The position numbers and the translations under genes were made by a program. The notes below the pieces were generated by a model. That model saw only the letters and a program-made list of their open reading frames with translations, was not told the DNA's origin and ran no database searches. From Flavobacteriales bacterium (lineage in GTDB: Bacteria > Bacteroidota > Bacteroidia > Flavobacteriales_F > PHOS-HE28), in assembly GCA_024103275.1 (NCBI GenBank), contig JAGFIV010000094.1, positions 1,508 to 65,507 of the forward strand: 64,000 bases of DNA. The letters are read 5' to 3'. Within the stretch, counting starts at the first letter, position 1. Each line of letters begins with the position of its first letter. Of this stretch, positions 55,787-64,000 are shown one piece after another.

Positions 55787-56743
55787 CTACCTCATCAAGT
55801 ATCCCTTCACATAATCCGCGATGCCCTCCTCCAGCGTGTGGAACGGCTTGTCGTAGCCGATGCCGCGCAGCTTGCCCATGGCGGCCTCGGTGAAGTACTG
55901 GTACTTGTCGCGGATGTCGGCCGGTGTGTCGATGAAGGTGATCTGCTCGGGCCTGCCCATGGCCCTGAAGACGTTGCGCGCCAAGTCCAGGAAGGTGCGG
56001 GCCTTGCCGCTGCCCAGGTTGTACAGTCCGCTGTGCTTGCGGTGCTCCATCAGGAAGATGCACACGTCGCACACATCCTTCACGTACACGAAGTCGCGCA
56101 GCTGTTCGCCGTCCTTGTAGTCGGGGCGGTGGCTGCGGAAGAGCTTCATGCCGCCGGTATCGCGGATCTGGTTGAAGGCGTGGAACACCACGCTGGCCAT
56201 GCGGCCCTTGTGGTACTCGTTGGGGCCGTATACGTTGAAGAACTTCAAGCCCGCCCAGAAGAAGGGCTTCCGCTCCTGCCCCAAGGCCCATTTGTCGAAG
56301 TCGTTCTTGCTCTCCCCGTAGGGGTTCAGCGGCTTCAGGCGGAAGGGCAGCGTGTCGTCGGTGTCGCCGTAGCCCAATGCACCATCGCCATAGGTGGCCG
56401 CGGAGGAAGCATACACCAGCGGGATGGCGTACTCGGCGCAACGCTCCCAGATGGCCTGGCTGCTGCGCACGTTCAGCTCATCGAAGACGGCCTTGTCGAA
56501 CTCCGTGGTATCCGTGCGGGCGCCGAGGTGGAAGATGAACTGGATGAGCTGCTCGTTGGCCTCGATCCACGCCGGGAAGGCCTTGCGCTCCACCCGGTGG
56601 CTGAGCGTGATGTGCTCCAGGTTGCGCGCCTTGTCGGCACGCGAGAAGTCATCCACGGCCACCAGGTCCGTGTAGCCGCGCTCCTGCAAGGCATGCAGCA
56701 GGCGGCTGCCGATGAAGCCCGCGGCTCCGGTGACGATGATCAT
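55787..56743 (-). CDS. hldD: ADP-glyceromanno-heptose 6-epimerase (SDR family)
   Basis: Track ORF 55787..56803. Start reset to ATG 56743 (MIIVTGAAGFIGS). The catalytic YGESK motif and the overall HldD/RfaD-like length are present. Confidence 0.85.
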   Translation of the reverse strand: MIIVTGAAGFIGSRLLHALQERGYTDLVAVDDFSRADKARNLEHITLSHRVERKAFPAWIEANEQLIQFIFHLGARTDTTEFDKAVFDELNVRSSQAIWERCAEYAIPLVYASSAATYGDGALGYGDTDDTLPFRLKPLNPYGESKNDFDKWALGQERKPFFWAGLKFFNVYGPNEYHKGRMASVVFHAFNQIRDTGGMKLFRSHRPDYKDGEQLRDFVYVKDVCDVCIFLMEHRKHSGLYNLGSGKARTFLDLARNVFRAMGRPEQITFIDTPADIRDKYQYFTEAAMGKLRGIGYDKPFHTLEEGIADYVKGYLMR

Positions 56744-56836
56744 GCCGTCTCTTGGGTAATTGGTGCGTAGCTTGTGGTTCTTAGGCTGTTGGATCCTTGG
56801 CAATGGGGCTCATTGGCAATTTGGCAAATCGCCCCC

Positions 56837-57883
56837 TCACTTCACCTCCTTCACCAGGATCACATACACCGGAAAGTGGTCCGCATACCCGCCCTGGTAG
56901 GTATCGCCTACAAAAGTGCGCAAGGGATAACCGGCATAATTGCCCTCATCCTGCCGCAGGCAGGGCGGATTGAACACGCGCACCCCGTAATAGCGCAAGG
57001 CACCCCCGGCACCGGTCACCAGGGCAGGCGTGAGAATGATCTGGTCGAACACATTCCAGGAATCGCGCCAGGCCAGGGTGCCGATCCCCTTCTGGTACAG
57101 GTCGTACATGGGGTTGAACAGCTTCTTGTCCGATACCAGGTCCTTATCCCCCGTGGTGCCGAGGAACTTGCGCACGGAAGGGTCCACGGGGTCGTCGTTC
57201 AGGTCGCCCATGTACAGCACACGGGCGTTACCATTGCGGGCCAGCAGCGAGTCGATGATGTGGCGGCCCAGCTCCGCCGCCAGCTTGCGTTTGGGCAATG
57301 AGACTTTCTCCCCGCCGAAGCGGGAAGGCCAGTGGTTGACCACCACGCTCACCGTATCGCCGTCCATCAGGCCGGAAACCACCAGCTGGTCGCGGGTGCG
57401 GAAAAGGGTGTCCTGCGGGTCCGTCAGCCGGTACTTCTTCTCGTGGAGCAGGGTGAAATACTTCGGGTTGTACACGAAGGCCACGTCCACGCCGCGCCGG
57501 TCGGGGCTGTCGTGGTGTACGATCCGGTAGCCCCGCTTGGCCAACGGCGGCGTGTGGACAAGGTCCTCCACCACCGCCCTGTTCTCCACCTCGCACAGGC
57601 CGAAAGCCACCAGGCCGTCGGGGAAGATGTCCGAGCCCATTTCCCCCAGCACCTTGGCCAAGTGCTGCAGCTTGCGCCGATAGCGTTCCGTGTCCCATTG
57701 CTTGGCGCTCCCCGGCAGGAACTCGGCGTCATCGTTGGGGCCATCGAGCGTGTCGTACAGGTTCTCCACGTTGTAGAACCCGATGGGGCGCGGTTCATAG
57801 CGCACCTCGTCCTTTTGGGCCTGCACCAACTGGGCAAGGACCAGCGCGAGGAACAGCAGGGGCGAACGGAAGGATACGGTCAT
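56837..57883 (-). CDS. Secreted endonuclease/exonuclease/phosphatase (EEP) family protein
   Basis: Track ORF 56837..57919. Start reset to ATG 57883 (MTVSFRSPLLFLALVLAQLVQAQ). FYNVENLYD, GLCEVEN, GDLNDDP and DHFPV are EEP motifs. Confidence 0.8.
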   Translation of the reverse strand: MTVSFRSPLLFLALVLAQLVQAQKDEVRYEPRPIGFYNVENLYDTLDGPNDDAEFLPGSAKQWDTERYRRKLQHLAKVLGEMGSDIFPDGLVAFGLCEVENRAVVEDLVHTPPLAKRGYRIVHHDSPDRRGVDVAFVYNPKYFTLLHEKKYRLTDPQDTLFRTRDQLVVSGLMDGDTVSVVVNHWPSRFGGEKVSLPKRKLAAELGRHIIDSLLARNGNARVLYMGDLNDDPVDPSVRKFLGTTGDKDLVSDKKLFNPMYDLYQKGIGTLAWRDSWNVFDQIILTPALVTGAGGALRYYGVRVFNPPCLRQDEGNYAGYPLRTFVGDTYQGGYADHFPVYVILVKEVK

Positions 57884-57987
57884 GGGCTGGATGAAGGGCG
57901 GGCAAGTTATGCCGCGCATCCCATCGCGGTTGATAAGAACCTTGAAAGGACCGTGCCAAGGGCAGGCGGCATCGTTCCTTTGCGCGC

Positions 57988-59598
57988 ATGAAGGATGCTC
58001 CCCGCCGGACCGTGTTGGTCGGTTCCCTGTTGTTGCTCTGCACGCTTTCCAGCGCCCAATCCATCCGGATCAGCCGGGATGTGGTCCCCACCAGCCTGGT
58101 GCCCGACGGTTTCACCCTCACCTGGCAAACCGACCGGCCAGGCAGCACGGAAGCCTACTACGGCCCTACGCCGGGGCTGGGCCTGCATGCCGCCCATGAA
58201 GCACGCGGGACCATCCACGAGCTTCAACTGACCGGCCTGGCGCCGGCCTCGTTCCACTACGTGCAGCCTTTCTCCGTGGCCGGCGGCGACACGGCGTTCG
58301 CCCCGGTGGGGATCTATTCCACCGCCTCCCGCTCCGCCGGTGACATCAAGGTGTACTTCACCAAGGGCGTGGACACCAGCGTGAGCAGCGGCGAGGATGC
58401 CATCGGCCTGTTCAGCGCCATTGACGACACCATCAAGGCGTACATCGATCGGGCGGAACAAACGCTGGACATCGCCATGTACAACACCAACAGCACGCTG
58501 ATGGTGCAGGCGGTGAACGCGGCCAAGGCCCGCGGCGTGCAGGTGCGCTGGATCGCGGAGGGCGGCAACTCCAACTATGCACTGGGCAGCCTCAACAGCG
58601 GCATTCCGGTGCTGTACCGCGAGGACAGCGAGGGCAGCGGCATGCACAACAAGTTCATGGTGATCGATGCCGATGATGCCGACCGCGCCGTGGTGATGGG
58701 CGGGTCGTGCAACTGGACCACCCAAAGCTTCTTCGACGACTACAACAACATCGTCTTCATCCACGACCAGGCGGTGGCGCAGTGCTACCGCACCGAGTTC
58801 CAGGAAATGTGGGGCGGCAGCGGGCCGCAGCCCGACCCCGTGCAGAGCCGTTTCGGCGCCGACAAGGCCAACAACACGCCCCACACCTTCAACGTGGGCG
58901 GCACCACCGTGGAAGTGTACTTCTCGCCCAGCGACGGCACCACCCTGAAGATCCGCAACGCCATCAATGCCGCATCCGCCAACCTGTACTTCGCCCTGCT
59001 GATCTTCACCGAGAACAGCCTGGGCACGGCGGTGCGCAACGCCAACAACCGGCCCGGCATGACCGTGCGCGGCGACATCGAGGACATCGAGGCCACCGGA
59101 TCGGAGTTCAACTTCCTGGTGAACAACGGCGTGGAGATCTACGCGCACGGGAATGAGGACGGCATGCTGCACCACAAGTACGCGATCCTGGACGAGGGCG
59201 CCAGCAATGCGCAGGTGGTGACCGGCAGCCACAACTGGACCGCCAGCGCGGAGAACGTGAACGACGAGAACATCATGATCATCCATGGCGGCACGGTGGC
59301 CAACCAGTTCTTCCAGGAGTGGAACGCACGCCACAACGCCGTGGCCGGCATCGGCGAAAGGGCCTTGGCCAACGGGCTGATCGCGTGGCCCGTGCCCGCC
59401 CATGACGAGCTCTTCCTGCTGCCCACCGGCACCGGCCCCGCGCTGATCACCGTACGCGATGCCACCGGTCGCGAGGTGTACCGGATGGAAACGAACGGCC
59501 TCGCCACTATCCGCACCGGTGACTGGCAAGCCGGGATGTATGTGGTGGGCAGCGTGCAGGAGGGCACGCACAGCCAACGGACGGTGGTGGTGTGGTGA
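57988..59598 (+). CDS. Phospholipase D/Nuc-like (two HKD motifs) protein with a T9SS type A CTD
   Basis: 536 aa with a signal peptide. The HKD motifs are MHNKFMVID and LHHKYAILD...GSHNWT. The C-terminus reads LIAWPVPAHDELFLLP...GMYVVGSVQEGTHSQRTVVVW. Confidence 0.82.
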   Translation: MKDAPRRTVLVGSLLLLCTLSSAQSIRISRDVVPTSLVPDGFTLTWQTDRPGSTEAYYGPTPGLGLHAAHEARGTIHELQLTGLAPASFHYVQPFSVAGGDTAFAPVGIYSTASRSAGDIKVYFTKGVDTSVSSGEDAIGLFSAIDDTIKAYIDRAEQTLDIAMYNTNSTLMVQAVNAAKARGVQVRWIAEGGNSNYALGSLNSGIPVLYREDSEGSGMHNKFMVIDADDADRAVVMGGSCNWTTQSFFDDYNNIVFIHDQAVAQCYRTEFQEMWGGSGPQPDPVQSRFGADKANNTPHTFNVGGTTVEVYFSPSDGTTLKIRNAINAASANLYFALLIFTENSLGTAVRNANNRPGMTVRGDIEDIEATGSEFNFLVNNGVEIYAHGNEDGMLHHKYAILDEGASNAQVVTGSHNWTASAENVNDENIMIIHGGTVANQFFQEWNARHNAVAGIGERALANGLIAWPVPAHDELFLLPTGTGPALITVRDATGREVYRMETNGLATIRTGDWQAGMYVVGSVQEGTHSQRTVVVW

Positions 59599-59619
59599 TG
59601 GGCCGGCAGCCCCGAGCGG

Positions 59620-60570
59620 CTATTGCTTGACCACGGGCACCTGTCCCCGGTTTCCTTCGCCATCCACCAATTGCAGCACGTACAGGCCCGCAGGAAGCCC
59701 CGGAGCCTCCAACTCCAGGCGCTTGCCTTCAAAGGGCACCCGGAGCACTTCCCATCCGGACAGGTCCACCAGACGGGCCTTGCCTTGGCGCATGACCTGC
59801 GCCGTTTCCACGATCAGCCGGTCCTGGAACGGAACGGGCCATACGGAGAGCCCCATGGCCATGGCCGGGAGTGGCTCCAAGCCCACGTTCAACCGGCAAG
59901 TGGCCGTCGCGTCCGGATAGCCTTCGATCTCATTGTCCCGGTAACAGGAGAATTGACAGGCGGACTCCCATATTCCGCATGGCGAGCGCAATTGAATGCA
60001 TCCGTGTATGTCACCCACCCGCTCCATGATGGTGGTCCCTCCTGCCAGGTCATTATTCCACCACACCTCCAGGTCAAGCGTGCGCAAGGGAATGCCCTCC
60101 ACCATCGTGGTACCCGTATCCACGACCGCCACATACGCACCGTCTTCACAATCCCAACCGGGGTTCCATCGATCGCCGGGCACGGCACCGAACCAATACA
60201 GCGTATCCCATGCCTGCGGATCGGCCATCCAGAAGTAGACCAAGTCCCCGTCCGTTCGGGTCAGCACGTCCGGTTCCGTGGTATGCACGGTGTCCGCAAA
60301 CTCACCCACTGACACTACGTAATAGCCCATTCCCTTGATCTTCTGGGCGCTCCACCCATCCACAAGCGTATCACCGGCATAGGTGTATTGAACCGACCCG
60401 AAGCTGGCCATGGGATCGCCTGTTTCATACAGCCAAGTAGCGCCCGGCGGGCACCAGTTTTGTCCGAGCACTAGGGCGGGGCCCCACGTCAACCCAACAA
60501 GGAAGGCCATCGCCAACCTCCACGCTCCGGCCATGGGCACTGCTGATCTCAGGGTTCGTGTCACGGGCAT
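59620..60570 (-). CDS. T9SS type A CTD cargo protein, function unknown
   Basis: 316 aa, with an alternative ATG at 60534. The C-terminus LSVWPVPFQDRLIVE...LPAGLYVLQLVDGEGNRGQVPVVKQ resembles Por_Secre_tail. Confidence 0.72.
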   Translation of the reverse strand: MPVTRTLRSAVPMAGAWRLAMAFLVGLTWGPALVLGQNWCPPGATWLYETGDPMASFGSVQYTYAGDTLVDGWSAQKIKGMGYYVVSVGEFADTVHTTEPDVLTRTDGDLVYFWMADPQAWDTLYWFGAVPGDRWNPGWDCEDGAYVAVVDTGTTMVEGIPLRTLDLEVWWNNDLAGGTTIMERVGDIHGCIQLRSPCGIWESACQFSCYRDNEIEGYPDATATCRLNVGLEPLPAMAMGLSVWPVPFQDRLIVETAQVMRQGKARLVDLSGWEVLRVPFEGKRLELEAPGLPAGLYVLQLVDGEGNRGQVPVVKQ

Positions 60571-60705
60571 GGTGTATTCCGCTGGGTTCTGCTTGATCGG
60601 GAAGACAGGTTGAAGTTACCGCCTCCAAGCATAAGACGAGGCCCAGGCCCTTTGCGCTGCCTCAGGCGGGCCGCTGCGGTCGGTCCGGGAATGGCTGCCA
60701 CCGCC

Positions 60706-61323
60706 TCACCGCGGGAAATAAAGCGGATGCCGGTCGTTGTACCGGCGCATGAACAGGAAGACGGTTTCGGTGCGCTTGCGCTGCTTCTTGGGCAGGGCAT
60801 CGAACTCTTCCAGCAGGACGGCATCGCGCAGCAGGACTTCGCGTATGCCTGCCGCGCTCACCGGCAGGAAGGCGCCGGTGGCCATGTCCAGGAAGCGTTG
60901 CTCCTCCACGGTGTAGGTGGTGCCGCCGTACATCATGTACGGGTCGAAATTGCGGTAGGTGGCATCGTAGGTGAGGTGCGCCAGGGCACCCATGAGGCCG
61001 ATCCGCGAGAAGCCGTTGCCCGCACGCACATACACGATGCCGCCGTCGCAGAAACCCCATGCGCGATCCAGGTCCAGGCGCACGCGCTGCCCGCTGCTGT
61101 CGGGGCGGAAGAGGCGGTCGCCCGCCGCGCGCAGGCTGGTGACGTGCCGGCCCTGGGCCGTGGTGAGCGCGGACAGGGGCACGTCGGGCGCATTGCCGCG
61201 AAAGGCCTGGAAGTTGAAGTAGATGCCGTCATGGAACGTGTAGTCCGCACTGTAGCGCACACTGTCCTGCGCCCCTGCGGCCAAGGCCATCACACCGGAC
61301 AGCCCGATCAACAGCGCCTTCAT
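60706..61323 (-). CDS. Secreted hypothetical protein
   Basis: Track ORF 60706..61593. Start reset to ATG 61323, which overlaps the upstream stop (ATGA). Signal peptide [19 protein letters not shown]. Confidence 0.6.
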   Translation of the reverse strand: MKALLIGLSGVMALAAGAQDSVRYSADYTFHDGIYFNFQAFRGNAPDVPLSALTTAQGRHVTSLRAAGDRLFRPDSSGQRVRLDLDRAWGFCDGGIVYVRAGNGFSRIGLMGALAHLTYDATYRNFDPYMMYGGTTYTVEEQRFLDMATGAFLPVSAAGIREVLLRDAVLLEEFDALPKKQRKRTETVFLFMRRYNDRHPLYFPR

Positions 61324-62084
61324 GCCATCGACCGGATCAAGTCCATCACCTCGTCCGGTGCCTGTGCATGTACCCAATGGCCGGCATACGGGATGGTCTC
61401 CATGCGGCTGTTGGGGAACTGCTCCTTGATCTGCGCCAGGTCCTCCCGCGGGATGTAGGGACTTTTGCCCCCGCGGATGAAAAGCGTGGGCACCTTCACC
61501 GTTTCCGCACCGATGGCCCCCAGGATGTGCGGCATGTCGCGCTCGAGCACGGGCACGTTGAAGCGCCAGGCCAGCTTGCCCGGTTCCTCCCAATACAGGC
61601 TCTTCATCAGGAACTGCACCACGCCGGGCTCCGGCACCGTTCGGGAAATGTGCTCCTCCACTTCGCGGCGCGTGGCCTTGTGGGCCAGGTCGCTGCCGGC
61701 CAGTGCCTTCACGATGGTGGCATGCTCTCCGGCCGCGTATTCCCGCGGGCCGATGTCCACCACCACCAGGCTCTTCAGCAGTTCGGGCCAGCGCTGTGCG
61801 AAGGTCATCGCGGTTTTGCCGCCCATGCTATGGCCCACGAGCACCACGTCCCGCAGGCCCAGCTTCTGCATCAGGGCATGCACGTCCTCCGCCATCAGCG
61901 GATAGGTGATGTGCTCCGTGTGCGGTGAGCGGCCGTGGTCGCGCCCGTCCACCAGAAAGACCTCATGGTCGGCACTGAGCGCCCGTCCGATGTGGCCCCA
62001 GTTGTCGCCGCTGCCGTACAGGCCGTGCAGGATCATGATCGGTTGGCCGGCGCCCTCGCGCCGGAAGAACAAGTCCACGCTCAT
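61320..62084 (-). CDS. Alpha/beta-fold hydrolase (YbfF-like esterase)
   Basis: 254 aa. Contains [10 protein letters not shown] and the nucleophile elbow GHSMGG. Confidence 0.85.
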   Translation of the reverse strand: MSVDLFFRREGAGQPIMILHGLYGSGDNWGHIGRALSADHEVFLVDGRDHGRSPHTEHITYPLMAEDVHALMQKLGLRDVVLVGHSMGGKTAMTFAQRWPELLKSLVVVDIGPREYAAGEHATIVKALAGSDLAHKATRREVEEHISRTVPEPGVVQFLMKSLYWEEPGKLAWRFNVPVLERDMPHILGAIGAETVKVPTLFIRGGKSPYIPREDLAQIKEQFPNSRMETIPYAGHWVHAQAPDEVMDLIRSMA

Positions 62085-62794
62085 CGCAATTGCCTTCTGT
62101 ACAGCTGCACCGTGTTTTCCATGCCGAAGGTGAGTGCGTCACAGATCAAGGCGTGGCCGATGGAAACCTCCAGCAGGCCCGGCACCTGTTCCTTGAACCA
62201 GGCCAGGTTGTGCAGGTCGAGGTCGTGGCCGGCATTGAGCCCCAGGCCCGCCCCGGCCGCCTTCTCCGCCGCGCGCACGAAAGGCTCCACCGCCGCCTCC
62301 CGGTCCTGGTGGAAGGCCTCCGCGTAGGGGCCGGTATAGAGTTCGATGCGGTCGGTGCCGGTATCGGCCGCATGGGCGATCTGCTCCGGGTCGGTTTCCA
62401 TGAAGATGGACGTGCGGATGCCGGCCTCCTTGAACCGCTGGATCACGGCTTTCAATTCGGCCTTGCGGCCCCGGGCATCCCAGCCCGCATTGCTGGTGAG
62501 CACGCCGGGCGGGTCGGGCACCAAGGTCACTTGCGCGGGTCGTACCTCCAGCACCAGATCGATAAACTGATCGTTGGGATAGCCCTCGATGTTGAACTCG
62601 GTGGTGAGGATCGGCTTCAGGGCCCGGACGTCCGCGTAGCGGATATGGCGTTCATCGGGGCGCGGGTGCACCGTAATCCCCTGCGCGCCGAACCGTTCAA
62701 TGAGCACGGCCCATGCCACCACGTCGGGGTTGTTGCCTCCCCGGGCGTTGCGCAATGTGGCCAGCTTATTGATATTCACGCTCAGCTTGGTCAT
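62081..62794 (-). CDS. pdxJ: Pyridoxine 5'-phosphate synthase
   Basis: Track ORF 62081..63049. Start reset to ATG 62794 ([20 protein letters not shown]). HPRPDERHI and the EGYP and NAGHDL motifs are present. Its stop overlaps the next ATG (ATGA). Confidence 0.92.
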   Translation of the reverse strand: MTKLSVNINKLATLRNARGGNNPDVVAWAVLIERFGAQGITVHPRPDERHIRYADVRALKPILTTEFNIEGYPNDQFIDLVLEVRPAQVTLVPDPPGVLTSNAGWDARGRKAELKAVIQRFKEAGIRTSIFMETDPEQIAHAADTGTDRIELYTGPYAEAFHQDREAAVEPFVRAAEKAAGAGLGLNAGHDLDLHNLAWFKEQVPGLLEVSIGHALICDALTFGMENTVQLYRRQLR

Positions 62795-62830
62795 CCTCGC
62801 ACTCCTTCTACCTTGGTCCCGTGATCGGGA

Positions 62831-62838
62831 CAAAATTA
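62831..62838 (-). promoter_or_regulatory. -7 promoter box TAATTTTG upstream of pdxJ
   Basis: Plus strand reads caaaatta, 36 nt upstream of ATG 62794. It is adjacent to the perfect palindrome GTCCCG-TGAT-CGGGAC (62816..62831). Confidence 0.4.
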
Positions 62839-62867
62839 GCCCCCATGCGGGCGCAACCCCTTCCCAG

Positions 62868-63530
62868 ATGCAAGCCGCCGAGATCCTTTCGAAGACCATC
62901 CAGCCGCTGAGCCCCAAGGACCCCGTGGCCCGCGCCTTGGACCTGATGGATGAATTCGGCATCCACGTGCTGCCCGTGGTGTCGCGCGGCCGCCTGGTGG
63001 GGCTGATGAAGGAAGAAGCGGCGCTGAACAGCACCGACCCCGGCAGCACGGTGGAGGGGCTGATGGACAGCGTGGAACTGCCCTACGTGCGCGACCGCCA
63101 GCATGTGTATGACGTGCTGAAGCTGATGCACGAGCGCGACCTGCCGCTGGTGCCGGTGCTCGACCTGCGGGGGCGCTACCTGGGCGTGGTGGGCGAGCAC
63201 GAGGCCGCCCGCCACCTGGCCGACCTGGTGAACGCCTGCGTGCCCGGCAGCGTGGTGGTGCTGGAGATGGGCCGCAACGACTACTCGCTGCAACAAATCG
63301 CCCGCATCGTGGAGGACGAAGGTGCGCGCATCCTGAGCATGTACTGCACCGACCGGCCGGACAGCATGCGCATGGAGGTGACCCTGAAGATCAACCGCGA
63401 CGACATCAGCGGCATCCTCCAGGCCTTCGACCGGTTTGAGTATACCGTGCACACCACCTTCCAAGGCTCCAAGCTGGACGACAACCTGCGCGAACGCTAC
63501 GATGACCTGATGCGGATCATCAAAATGTGA
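62868..63530 (+). CDS. CBS-domain pair protein with a C-terminal ACT-like region
   Basis: Track ORF 62700..63530. Start reset to ATG 62868. Two CBS-like units are present: [15 protein letters not shown] and [17 protein letters not shown]. Confidence 0.7.
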   Translation: MQAAEILSKTIQPLSPKDPVARALDLMDEFGIHVLPVVSRGRLVGLMKEEAALNSTDPGSTVEGLMDSVELPYVRDRQHVYDVLKLMHERDLPLVPVLDLRGRYLGVVGEHEAARHLADLVNACVPGSVVVLEMGRNDYSLQQIARIVEDEGARILSMYCTDRPDSMRMEVTLKINRDDISGILQAFDRFEYTVHTTFQGSKLDDNLRERYDDLMRIIKM

Positions 63531-63554
63531 GCGGCGGGGTTGCACAATGTCCGC

Positions 63555-64000
63555 ATGAAAGTGCTGCAGCCCATAGCCCGGCACCTCCTTCCGGCCCTCC
63601 TGCTCCTGGCCTCCACGGCCGCCCTGCGGGCCCAGGACACCACCAACGCCTTTCCCGGCCCTTTCCGCGTGTCGGGCATCCTCCTGGAAGGAAACCGCAT
63701 CACCAAGGAACGCGTGGTGCTGCGCGAGCTCACCTTCCACGAGGGCGACACCCTCACCGCCGAGGCCCTGTACCAGCAGCTGGGGCGCAGCCGCGACAAC
63801 CTGATGAACCTGGGCCTGTTCAACACCGTGGACCTGCTGCCCAACTACCTGGGGCCGGACGAGGTGTTCATCCTCATCACGCTCAACGAGCGCTGGTACT
63901 GGTGGCCGCAGCCCTTGGTGCGCCTGGCCGACCCCAACTTCAATACCTGGTGGCTCACCAAGGACTTCCGCCGGATCAACTTCGGCCTGGAGTTCTTCGC
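63555..64000 (+). CDS. BamA/TamA-like outer-membrane protein (POTRA N-terminus), partial
   Basis: Not in the track because there is no stop in the window. ATG 63555 gives MKVLQPIARHLLPALLLLASTAALRAQ, followed by the POTRA-like segment VSGILLEGNRITKERVVLRELTFHEGDTL. Confidence 0.6.
   Translation, partial: MKVLQPIARHLLPALLLLASTAALRAQDTTNAFPGPFRVSGILLEGNRITKERVVLRELTFHEGDTLTAEALYQQLGRSRDNLMNLGLFNTVDLLPNYLGPDEVFILITLNERWYWWPQPLVRLADPNFNTWWLTKDFRRINFGLEFF

Overview
This is a GC-rich (mid-60s % by eye, not computed), densely coding chromosomal segment. It comes from a Bacteroidota genome that has type IX secretion/gliding machinery. I found no rRNA, CRISPR array, transposase, integrase or phage genes.

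Gene order, left to right:
- a partial secreted FG-GAP/ASPIC-like protein
- a large secreted M12B/GEVED metalloprotease
- moxR plus three periplasmic PPIase/chaperone genes
- der, era and an initiator-type tRNA-Met
- an ABC-F ATPase
- the T9SS core operon porP-gldK-gldL-gldM-gldN
- an arginase-family gene
- topA, which carries a lysine/alanine repeat tail
- a TetR-TolC-MFP-RND efflux operon
- a divergent LpxL-like acyltransferase, membrane desaturase and ABC-2 exporter
- a TonB-dependent receptor, ppx, nhaA, an APC permease, an Fsr-like MFS transporter and a sigma-54 activator with no HTH domain
- several T9SS cargo genes, alaS, an M23 peptidase, a MerR regulator and hldD
- a divergent pair of secreted EEP and PLD enzymes
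- a pdxJ-hydrolase-hypothetical operon, a CBS-domain protein and a partial BamA-like gene

Most long ORFs in the supplied track that lie antisense to these genes are GC-driven shadow ORFs. Many track ORFs are also over-extended at the N-terminus because they start at GTG or TTG. I re-set those starts by hand.

The most unusual observations:
1. The efflux operon runs on into an LpxR-like lipid A deacylase gene and a DUF2141 gene. Each is interrupted by a single in-frame stop codon (TGA and TAG respectively), with no frameshift.
2. Together with the divergent acyltransferase/desaturase/ABC unit, this forms an apparent envelope-lipid remodelling supercluster.
3. The two leftmost secreted proteins share an unclassified C-terminal module instead of a canonical T9SS C-terminal domain (CTD).
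4. Two gaps of about 0.5 kb have no credible ORF but contain stable hairpins.

I see no evidence for a defence or mobile system. Every functional call is motif recognition by eye, and no database search was run.
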